Shown one piece after another: positions 10,668 through 18,726 of a stretch of 64,000 nucleotides of DNA. Source of the DNA: Chryseobacterium gleum. GTDB lineage: Bacteria; Bacteroidota; Bacteroidia; Flavobacteriales_D; Crocinitomicaceae. The stretch covers positions 2,591 to 66,590 of the forward strand of contig CAMAPI010000004.1 in the NCBI GenBank assembly GCA_945860065.1, read 5' to 3'. Below the pieces are notes generated by a model. That model was given only the letters and a program-made list of their open reading frames with translations, was not told the DNA's origin and made no database searches. The first letter of the stretch is position 1; each line of letters starts with the position of its first letter. Made by a program: the position numbers and the translations under genes.

Positions 10668-11330
10668 ATGACATTACACAGAGAAGGTAAAAATATTATG
10701 TTGTGGAGCGCCGTCTTCACACTTGTTTTTAGTACACTGGCATATTATTTTTTATGTTGCTGCTGTCCGATTATTTATTGGATATTACAAGTTGGATTGC
10801 TGGTTTTACTTGGACTTGTTGTTCAATTTTTTCGCGTTCCTAACCGAACATGTCTTGGCGCATCAACTGACATCATGTGTCCGGCGGATGGCAAAGTAGT
10901 TGTGATTGAAGAAACTACTGAAAGTGAGTATTTTCAGGACCGACGTATCCAAATTTCCATTTTCATGTCCCCATTAAATGTACATGCAAACTACCATCCA
11001 ATAAAAGGGATTGTGAAATACATTAAATACCATCCTGGACTATTTCTTGTAGCTTGGCATCCAAAAAGCAGCACGGACAATGAAAGAAGTACATTTGTGG
11101 TGGAACATACAAGCGGAAAAGAAGTGTTATTTCGTCAGGTTGCTGGGGCTGTGGCACGCAGAATATGTTATTACCCTGCGGAAGGACAATTCGTCGAAGT
11201 AGGACAAGAATTTGGATTTATTAAATTTGGTTCAAGAATTGACCTATTTTTACCTTTAGGCACAAAAATTGATGTAGCGATTGGCGATGTCGTTAAAGCA
11301 AAATTAACACGCATTGGAGAAATCAATTAA
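10668..11330 (+). CDS. psd: Phosphatidylserine decarboxylase family proenzyme
   Basis: 220 aa. Has N-terminal TM segments and the self-cleavage region FIKFGSRIDLFLP (G-S type). Its position after cdsA is typical of Bacteroidota. Confidence 0.85.
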   Translation: MTLHREGKNIMLWSAVFTLVFSTLAYYFLCCCCPIIYWILQVGLLVLLGLVVQFFRVPNRTCLGASTDIMCPADGKVVVIEETTESEYFQDRRIQISIFMSPLNVHANYHPIKGIVKYIKYHPGLFLVAWHPKSSTDNERSTFVVEHTSGKEVLFRQVAGAVARRICYYPAEGQFVEVGQEFGFIKFGSRIDLFLPLGTKIDVAIGDVVKAKLTRIGEIN

Positions 11331-11361
11331 TTCGTATATTTACCGTATAAAATCATCTATT

Positions 11362-11547
11362 ATGAAAAAATTATTTTTAGCACTTGCATTGTTCACATAT
11401 GTTGGATCAATGGCAACAACAACTTACGCTGCAGTAACTAGTACTGAAGTAGTGAAAAAAGACGACGATAAGAAAAAGAAAAAAAAGAAAAAAGGTTCTT
11501 GTTGTTCTTCTCAACAAGGGAAGTCTTGTTCGACAACTAAACAATAA
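11362..11547 (+). CDS. Small secreted Lys-run/Cys-rich peptide (hypothetical)
   Basis: 61 aa from the ATG at 11362. It has a signal peptide (MKKLFLALALFTYVGSMATTTYA), then KKDDDKKKKKKKKGSCCSSQQGKSCSTTKQ, and is followed by a strong terminator. Coding status is unproven. Confidence 0.45.
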   Translation: MKKLFLALALFTYVGSMATTTYAAVTSTEVVKKDDDKKKKKKKKGSCCSSQQGKSCSTTKQ

Positions 11548-11592
11548 TCTTGTTGTTCTAAAAAAGCAAACTAATCCTCATAGATTAGGAAT

Positions 11593-11624
11593 AAAAAAGG
11601 CCATCATTAATGATGGCCTTTTTT
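11593..11624. terminator. Bidirectional intrinsic terminator between convergent genes
   Basis: AAAAAA-GGCCATCA-TTAA-TGATGGCC-TTTTTT: an 8-bp GC-containing stem with a 4-nt loop, an A-tract on one side and a T-tract on the other. It abuts the stop of the acyl-CoA synthetase gene. Confidence 0.85.
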
Positions 11625-11625
11625 A

Positions 11626-13389
11626 TTAACTGAATATTTTCTGATACCCTTCTTGATACTTCTCTAAAATTTTCTTTCTTTTTAATTTGAGGGTTGGCGT
11701 TAATTCTCCGCCATTGATCGTAAACTCTTCTGGAAGTAGCGCGATTTTCTTCACTTGTTCCCAATTGCCAAAGACCTGATTAATTTCAGCAATCTCTTCA
11801 TTCATGCGTTCAATAAATTCGCTTTGTATAACGATTTCTTCATTGCTCATGGATTCAAAATGGAGTCCATGACGATTTGCCCATTCTTTTGCAAATGCAA
11901 AGTTTGGAACAACAAATGCAGCCGGGAATTTCTCTCCTTCACCAATCACCATGATTTGTTCAATAAAGCGAGATTGTTTAAATCGATTTTCCATCGCCTG
12001 AGGAACAATGTATTTACCACCAGAAGTTTTAAATATTTCTTTTTTACGATCGGTGATTTTCAAGTATTTACCATCTTGAAATTCCCCTATATCTCCTGTA
12101 TGGAACCATCCCTCACTGTCCATCACTTCATTCGTAGCTTCTATATTATTATAGTATCCCAACATTACATTTGGACCTTTAACTAATATCTCACCATCCG
12201 TAGCAATTTTCACTTGCACGCCTTCAATCAAAGCACCTACTGTTCCAATTCTTATTCCGGTTACAAAATTATTTACCGAAACCACAGGGGAAGTTTCTGT
12301 TAAACCATATCCTTCAAGTATAGGAATGTCAGCCGCTAGGAAGATGCGTGCTAACCTTGGCTGAAGTGCTGCGCTACCTGAGGCAATCGCTCTAACATTT
12401 CCACCTAATGCATCTTTCCATTTTGAGAAAATCAATTTTCGTGCAATGCCTAATTTAATCTTAAAAAATACACTCGCGTGGACATTATCATAGGTTTCTG
12501 CTAGGTTCAATGCCCAATAAAATAGTGCCTTTTTGATGCCTTTTAATTCCTCGCCTTTAGCCATGATTTTATCAAACACTTTTTCGATTAACCGAGGGAC
12601 TGCTGAAAACAAATCAGGTTTAACTTCTTTAATGTTTTCACCGATTGTATCCATGGATTCCGCAAAATAAATGGAGCATCCGAGGTACATATATAAATAA
12701 TGAAGCATACGTTCATACACGTGGCAAATCGGCAAGAAGGTTAAAACGCGTGAGTTATTATCGGCCGGAATTGGCTCAATACAACTAGAAACATTAGATA
12801 ATAAGTTTTGATGAGACAGCATAACTCCTTTTGGATTCCCTGTTGTTCCAGAAGTATAAATAATGGTTACTAAATCCTCGTTTTTCACCATTTTCATGCG
12901 CTCTTGGACCTGGTCTTCTTCTGTATGGGTTTTTTGTTCTTCAATAAAAGACCAATGAGGGACAGAATCAAGCTTATCAAATGAAAATAAATGTGCTAAA
13001 CTTGGGACATCTTCTCGAACATTGGAAATTTTATCGGCAAGTTCTTGATTAGAAACGATGCAAATTTTCGCTGCACAATCAGTTAAAATGAATCGGTAAT
13101 CACCTTCTGAAATATTTGGATAAAGCGGAACAAGTATGGCACCTGTTTTCTGAACAGCGATATCGAGTATGTTCCATTCGATTCGGTTGGAACTTGCTAC
13201 GGCAACGCGATCACCCGCCTGCACTCCCATGGATATTAATCCGCGTGCAACATTCATGGTGCGTTCTATAAAATCACTTGTAGAAACTGGAACCCATAGC
13301 CCAGCTGTTTTTGTAACAAACATGCTAGAATTTGGGTAGTTTTTTAATTGATGATCAGGGACTTCGAAAAGTCTTTCAGCAGTTATCAT
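11626..13389 (-). CDS. Long-chain-fatty-acid--CoA ligase (AMP-dependent synthetase)
   Basis: 587 aa. Has the AMP-binding motif IIYTSGTTGNPKGVMLSH, plus GWFHTGDIG and the C-terminal KLKRKKI. Confidence 0.88.
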   Translation of the reverse strand: MITAERLFEVPDHQLKNYPNSSMFVTKTAGLWVPVSTSDFIERTMNVARGLISMGVQAGDRVAVASSNRIEWNILDIAVQKTGAILVPLYPNISEGDYRFILTDCAAKICIVSNQELADKISNVREDVPSLAHLFSFDKLDSVPHWSFIEEQKTHTEEDQVQERMKMVKNEDLVTIIYTSGTTGNPKGVMLSHQNLLSNVSSCIEPIPADNNSRVLTFLPICHVYERMLHYLYMYLGCSIYFAESMDTIGENIKEVKPDLFSAVPRLIEKVFDKIMAKGEELKGIKKALFYWALNLAETYDNVHASVFFKIKLGIARKLIFSKWKDALGGNVRAIASGSAALQPRLARIFLAADIPILEGYGLTETSPVVSVNNFVTGIRIGTVGALIEGVQVKIATDGEILVKGPNVMLGYYNNIEATNEVMDSEGWFHTGDIGEFQDGKYLKITDRKKEIFKTSGGKYIVPQAMENRFKQSRFIEQIMVIGEGEKFPAAFVVPNFAFAKEWANRHGLHFESMSNEEIVIQSEFIERMNEEIAEINQVFGNWEQVKKIALLPEEFTINGGELTPTLKLKRKKILEKYQEGYQKIFS

Positions 13390-13431
13390 AGTTTAGTTTT
13401 ATTGTTATCGAAAATAAGAAATATTATCGAA

Positions 13432-14808
13432 TTACAGAAAAAGGATGGAGAAAAGTGAGATAAGCAAAATGCCAATCACATTTAATACAAAACCTATTTT
13501 TACCATTTGGTGGATCTTCACATGACCCGAAGAAAAAACAATCGCATTTGGAGGAGTCCCAACAGGCATCATGAATGCGAGACTAGCCCCCAAGGTGAGG
13601 GTGAAACACAATTGAAGAATATCGTATCCGGATTCCTTAGCAAAACTGGCAATTACCGGAACAAAAATCGTGACAAGTGCCAAATTAGACATGACTTCGG
13701 ATGCAAAAACGGAGATGACTACTACAATCAGAACAATTGCAGGAATGGACATGTGTTCGTAATTCTGAAATACCTTTGTTAAGGAAGCAACGATGCCGTT
13801 TTTTTCAAATATTTGAGCCAAAGCAAGTCCGCCACCAAATAACAACAATATTCCCCAAGGTAATTTCTCTGTATCCTTCCAATCTAACAATGGTTTTTTC
13901 TCCCTTTTACTTGGGATGATAAACAGAAGAATGGCGCCAAAAATGGCCGCACTTTCGTCACCATAATTCAATCCTGTGAAGTACGTAATCAGCTCTTTGA
14001 AGGACCACAAAACAATGACTAAACCAAAAATCGCCAAGGCTCTCAATTGCTCGTTGGTCCAAGGTACATTTGGTAAATTTACATCATGAATTTCCTTTCT
14101 TTCCTTTCCCAAGGCAATATAAAAAACGCCGTACATTACGAGAAGCATGGTAATTGCTAGTGGCATTCCGATTTTCATCCAATCAAAAAAGCTCACGGTG
14201 ATGTGAAAGTTCTTTTCTAAAATCGCCGCCATTTGAGTGTTTGGTGGAGATCCGATTAACGTTCCTACACCACCGATACTTGATGCATAGGCTATGCTTA
14301 GCATTAGTAATAAAGAAAATTTTGATTTCTGATGTGCTACAGGCATTGCTTGAATAATAGCAATCGCCAAAGGTAACATCATCAGCGCCGTTGCTGTATT
14401 TGAAATCCACATACTGAGAAATCCTGTACTGAGAATAAATCCAAGTAGAATTCTAGGTTTTGAATCCCCAACAACGTTAATGATGCGTCGAGCGATTTGC
14501 TCGTGAACCTTCCATTTTTCTAATCCAAGAGCTAAAACAAATCCACCGAAAAACAAATAGACATTATTGTTTCCATAGCTCGCTGCTAAGTCGTTTGTGT
14601 CTAATAATCCTAAGGGGATCGCTAAAATGAAGGGGAGTAAGGCTGTGACATAAATGGATATCACCTCAAATATCCAAAAGAAAATCATTAGTCCACCAAG
14701 TGCAACTGCATTCCAATAGGAATTAGTTGCACCAGTAGAAAAGAGTATCATTAGAAAAGAAAAGACGCCAAATGCTGCGAGCATGCGCTTCCAATCTAAC
14801 TTAAGCAT
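13432..14808 (-). CDS. SLC13/DASS family anion:sodium symporter
   Basis: 458 aa, highly hydrophobic. Carries both hairpin-tip motifs SNTATALMMLP and MMPVGTPPNAIVFSSG, which are typical of DASS/NadC-type transporters. Confidence 0.8.
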   Translation of the reverse strand: MLKLDWKRMLAAFGVFSFLMILFSTGATNSYWNAVALGGLMIFFWIFEVISIYVTALLPFILAIPLGLLDTNDLAASYGNNNVYLFFGGFVLALGLEKWKVHEQIARRIINVVGDSKPRILLGFILSTGFLSMWISNTATALMMLPLAIAIIQAMPVAHQKSKFSLLLMLSIAYASSIGGVGTLIGSPPNTQMAAILEKNFHITVSFFDWMKIGMPLAITMLLVMYGVFYIALGKERKEIHDVNLPNVPWTNEQLRALAIFGLVIVLWSFKELITYFTGLNYGDESAAIFGAILLFIIPSKREKKPLLDWKDTEKLPWGILLLFGGGLALAQIFEKNGIVASLTKVFQNYEHMSIPAIVLIVVVISVFASEVMSNLALVTIFVPVIASFAKESGYDILQLCFTLTLGASLAFMMPVGTPPNAIVFSSGHVKIHQMVKIGFVLNVIGILLISLFSILFL

Positions 14809-14811
14809 GTG

Positions 14812-15072
14812 TTATTTGTTCAAAGCATTTAACGCATCAACAAAAGTCAAGGCCTTTGCTTCAACATCTGCTACAATCGCACGAAATTCAGCTTTTCCTT
14901 TTGCTTTGTGCATGCGTCCAAGAATGACATCTTGAAAACTCGCTGCCTCTGTAATCAATTTTTCGGTTGCTGGAGCTTTTGACTCATCCAACATTTGGTG
15001 GTGAAAACACTCTTCTACCACATCAAAGACCATCTCGTTGATGTTTCTTTTAAGAATTCTTTTATTTGACAT
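14812..15072 (-). CDS. Hypothetical protein
   Basis: 86-aa ORF 3 nt upstream of the DASS transporter on the same strand. No recognisable motif. Confidence 0.4.
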   Translation of the reverse strand: MSNKRILKRNINEMVFDVVEECFHHQMLDESKAPATEKLITEAASFQDVILGRMHKAKGKAEFRAIVADVEAKALTFVDALNALNK

Positions 15073-15198
15073 ATTTCTACTTTATTTCCGTCAAAAGTAA
15101 GTCGAAAATAGGACTTACACTACAAAACTGAACATTTTATGTGTAGATGCTTCGGATACATCAGTAAGTTTGACAACGGATTGTGTAACTTTGTCGCT

Positions 15199-16374
15199 AT
15201 GACATACCCCATATTATATATCCGTAAAGGCAAGGAACAATCATTGATGCGACGTCATCCATGGGTTTTTTCTGGAGCCATAGAATCTTCCACTGAATCC
15301 TTAAAGGATGGTGATATCGTGTGTTTAATGACGCGAAAAGATCAATTTTTAGGGCTTGGGCATTTTCAACATGCGACCATTTCAGTTCGAATCTTAAGTT
15401 TTGAATACGAAGTTATTGATCAATCATTTTTTGATAAAAAAATCAAAAAAGCAGTTGATTCCCGCTTAAACATTGGCTTATTTACAAGGCAAAATAACAT
15501 TTTCCGAATTTGTCATGGCGAAGGAGACGAACTACCTGGACTAGTAATCGATTTCTACAACGGAGTTGCAGTCATTCAATGTCATTCAATTGGCATGTTC
15601 TTTTCCGTAGAATTGATTGCCAATGCATTAAAAAATGCATTCGGGAAAAAATTAACAGCAGTTTACTCGAAGTCGACGGACACCTTACCAAAACGAACGG
15701 ATGTTAGCGACGCATATTTGTACGGAAGCTGCGAAATGCCTCACCTCGCGCTAGAAAATGGCGTGAAATATAACATCGATTGGCTAACTGGACAAAAAAC
15801 AGGCTTCTTTATCGATCAGCGTGTCAATCGACGCATACTCGGAGAATATTCGAAAGGGAAAAAAGTGCTCAATACATTTTGTTATTCCGGAGGGTTTTCG
15901 CTTCAAGCACTCAACCATGGTGCAACATTGGTGCATTCGTTGGATAGCTCGAAAAAAGCGATTGCCTTGACGGACGATAACATTATCTTGAATAACTATT
16001 CCGAAAAACATATGTCAATTTGTGCGGATGCCATGGATTACATGAAGGACTTACAAGAAGATTACGACATTATCGTGTTGGATCCACCCGCTTTCGCAAA
16101 GCATCGCGAAAAACGGCACCAAGCCATTCAAGGATACAAACGATTAAATGCACATGCTATTCGTCAGATTAAACCAGGAGGAATCATCTTTACCTTTTCT
16201 TGCTCTCAGGTCATCGATAAAGCATTATTCACAAATACCATCATTGCAGCTGCAATTGAATCTGGAAGAAATGTGCGCATTTTGGAACAAATTCATCAAC
16301 CTGCCGACCACCCAATTCATGCCTTTCATCCAGAAGGTGAATATTTGAAAGGATTAATCATTCAAGTGGATTAA
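15199..16374 (+). CDS. rlmI: Class I SAM-dependent rRNA (cytosine-C5) methyltransferase, RlmI-like
   Basis: Has a PUA-like N-terminus (RKGKEQSLMRRHPWVFSGAI) and SAM-MTase motifs VLNTFCYSGGFS and IIVLDPPAF. The ATG at 15199 is preferred over the 15139 extension. Confidence 0.8.
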   Translation: MTYPILYIRKGKEQSLMRRHPWVFSGAIESSTESLKDGDIVCLMTRKDQFLGLGHFQHATISVRILSFEYEVIDQSFFDKKIKKAVDSRLNIGLFTRQNNIFRICHGEGDELPGLVIDFYNGVAVIQCHSIGMFFSVELIANALKNAFGKKLTAVYSKSTDTLPKRTDVSDAYLYGSCEMPHLALENGVKYNIDWLTGQKTGFFIDQRVNRRILGEYSKGKKVLNTFCYSGGFSLQALNHGATLVHSLDSSKKAIALTDDNIILNNYSEKHMSICADAMDYMKDLQEDYDIIVLDPPAFAKHREKRHQAIQGYKRLNAHAIRQIKPGGIIFTFSCSQVIDKALFTNTIIAAAIESGRNVRILEQIHQPADHPIHAFHPEGEYLKGLIIQVD

Positions 16375-16375
16375 G

Positions 16376-17704
16376 ATGTTGTCGTTAAATTACAAGTCGA
16401 TTTTAGGAATGGCACTTCCGATGATGGTCTCCGGTTTCGTTCAGTCCATTGTCTTGATTACAGACGCATCGTTTATCAGCAGGTATTCTACAGAAGCATT
16501 TGATGCTGTTGGAAACGCTGGACTTTTATATGTTACGATATACGTGTGCCTAGCAGGTATGGGTGATGGTGCGCAAATCATCATAGCCCGCAGAATTGGT
16601 GAGGGACGTGTTTCCGCCATTGGACGAGTGTTTGGAACGTCTTTTTTAACGAATTTCATTTTGGCCATCAGTTTCTTTGGAATACTATATTGGTTCTTAC
16701 CTTCCGCTATTGTTGGGTACTCCAAACATCAAGAAATTGCCTTGCTTCAAGGTGACTTTTTACGCATCCGAAGTTTTGCCTTATTTTTTGCAATGATTAC
16801 AATTACGATTCAAGCTTTTTTATTGGCGAAGGGCAAATCCATCATTGTTCTATATGCAGCATTAATTACTGCAACAAGTAACATATTTTTAGCAAATGCG
16901 CTCATTTTTGGCAAGTTTGGCTTACCCGAAATGGGAATTGAAGGCGCAGCATTAGCAAATACCATTGCTGATGCTTTAGGCATGTTGTTTTTAGTCATTT
17001 ATTTGATTTTCTCGACAGAGCGAAGGGAATACCAATTGTTTGCGCATTTCAAATTCGACTTAACTTCCATGAAAGAACTATTAAAAGTTGGAAGTCCAAT
17101 GATGTTTCAAGGATTTTTCGCCTTGGCTATTTGGACTGTTTTTTTCACATGGTTGGAGCAAAAAGGACAGTTCGACTTAACCGTTTCGCAGAACGTTCGT
17201 GCCATTTATTTCCTCGCTTTTGTTCCGATATGGGGTTTTGCAGGGACAACGAAAACCTATATTTCTCAATACATTGGTGCCAAGCGATTTGAAGACATTC
17301 CAATGATTCAAAGACGCATTCAGTTAATGACTGTTATATTCTTGTGCGTGACTTTTCATGGTGCAATTTTATATCCGGAAGCGCTCATTCGTATGATTAA
17401 TCCAGAAGAGGAGTACATTCATAAAAGCGCAGAAATTCTCAAGTTGATTTCTGTTTCGATTATGTTATTTGGATTTGCTTCTGTTTATTTTCAGACCATT
17501 CATGGATCCGGAAATACCTTGCACTCCATGTTTATAGAATTTGGGACAGCCTCGGTTTATGGATTTTTTTGTTACTTGTTTATCAAAGTTTGGCGTTTGG
17601 ATATTTATTGGATTTGGACAGTTGAGTACATTTATTTTATGTTACTCGGATTAGGCTCCATCGCTTACCTTAGACTGTACGATTGGAAAAAGAAAATTGT
17701 ATGA
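16376..17704 (+). CDS. MATE family efflux transporter
   Basis: 442 aa with about 12 predicted TM segments and two-fold internal symmetry. The N-terminal LALPMM... pattern is typical of MATE. Confidence 0.75.
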   Translation: MLSLNYKSILGMALPMMVSGFVQSIVLITDASFISRYSTEAFDAVGNAGLLYVTIYVCLAGMGDGAQIIIARRIGEGRVSAIGRVFGTSFLTNFILAISFFGILYWFLPSAIVGYSKHQEIALLQGDFLRIRSFALFFAMITITIQAFLLAKGKSIIVLYAALITATSNIFLANALIFGKFGLPEMGIEGAALANTIADALGMLFLVIYLIFSTERREYQLFAHFKFDLTSMKELLKVGSPMMFQGFFALAIWTVFFTWLEQKGQFDLTVSQNVRAIYFLAFVPIWGFAGTTKTYISQYIGAKRFEDIPMIQRRIQLMTVIFLCVTFHGAILYPEALIRMINPEEEYIHKSAEILKLISVSIMLFGFASVYFQTIHGSGNTLHSMFIEFGTASVYGFFCYLFIKVWRLDIYWIWTVEYIYFMLLGLGSIAYLRLYDWKKKIV

Positions 17705-18663
17705 TGAAAAATAGTTTACGTATTGTTTTCATGGGAACCCCAGAATTTGCTGTGGGAATTTTAGATGCATTAGTGCACTCCAAACATGAAGTTGTTGGAG
17801 TTGTTACGGTTGCCGATAAACCTGCTGGACGCGGGCAGCAAATTCATCAAAGTGCTGTCAAACAATACGCCATTTCGAATGAAATTACTGTTTTACAACC
17901 AGACAAATTACGCGACGAATTATTCCTGAATGAATTAGCCACCTTAGAAGCAGATTTATTTGTCGTTGTCGCCTTTCGTATGCTTCCAGATGTGGTTTGG
18001 AAAATGCCGCCGAAGGGAACCATTAATTTACACGCCAGTTTACTTCCGAAATACCGAGGGGCAGCGCCGATAAATTGGGCAATCATGAATGGTGAAAAGG
18101 AAACGGGAGTTAGTACGTTTTTCATCAATGAAAACATAGATACAGGAGCCATTATCGCTCAAAAATCTATGCCGATAAGCAATTTCATAACGGCAGGGGA
18201 ATTACATGATGAATTAAAATCCATCGGAGCAACATTAACCGTAGAAACAGCCGATCAAATTGGCGTGGGTTCCGTTGCAACGGTATTGCAAGACTCAAGT
18301 GATGAAAATCTTCCTTTCGCACCAAAAATATTCAAAGCCGATTGTGAAATTGACTGGAGTCAGACCGCTGAATTAAATCATAACCGAATAAGAGGTCTAT
18401 CACCCTACCCTGCTGCTTGGTGCAAACTTTGGTCCTTAAAGAAATCCACATGGATTACCTTTAAACTTTTTGATTCATCGGTAGTAAACATAGAACAAGC
18501 CATACGAAACAATGGTCCTTTTTCCATTTCAGAAGGTATCGTTTTTCCGAGTGGAAATGGATTTGTCTTGCTCAAAGAAATTCAAGCAGAAGGAAAAAAA
18601 CGCATGGATTACAAGTCCTTCTTAGCGGGAAATGACGTAAAAGACCTCGTTTTTAATCCTTGA
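17701..18663 (+). CDS. fmt: Methionyl-tRNA formyltransferase
   Basis: Motifs RIVFMGTPEFA and HASLLPKYRGAAPINWAI, plus a C-terminal Fmt domain. The ATG at 17701 overlaps the MATE stop (ATGA). Confidence 0.93.
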   Translation: MMKNSLRIVFMGTPEFAVGILDALVHSKHEVVGVVTVADKPAGRGQQIHQSAVKQYAISNEITVLQPDKLRDELFLNELATLEADLFVVVAFRMLPDVVWKMPPKGTINLHASLLPKYRGAAPINWAIMNGEKETGVSTFFINENIDTGAIIAQKSMPISNFITAGELHDELKSIGATLTVETADQIGVGSVATVLQDSSDENLPFAPKIFKADCEIDWSQTAELNHNRIRGLSPYPAAWCKLWSLKKSTWITFKLFDSSVVNIEQAIRNNGPFSISEGIVFPSGNGFVLLKEIQAEGKKRMDYKSFLAGNDVKDLVFNP

Positions 18664-18726
18664 TATTAAGTAAGTTAAATTCTTTTTTTAAATTTTTAAT
18701 CCTAACTTAGTAGTGAAACACCTACT

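Noticed and set aside
13404-13431. Direct repeat TTATCGAA-N12-TTATCGAA between the DASS transporter and acyl-CoA synthetase genes
   Set aside because: An 8-bp direct repeat in AT-rich DNA is compatible with chance, and no second occurrence was noticed elsewhere in the window.
15139-15198. 20-codon extension of rlmI (MCRCFGYISKF...)
   Set aside because: A TAnnTTTG box lies inside the extension, directly before the ATG at 15199. RlmI-like similarity begins at MTYPILYIRKG.
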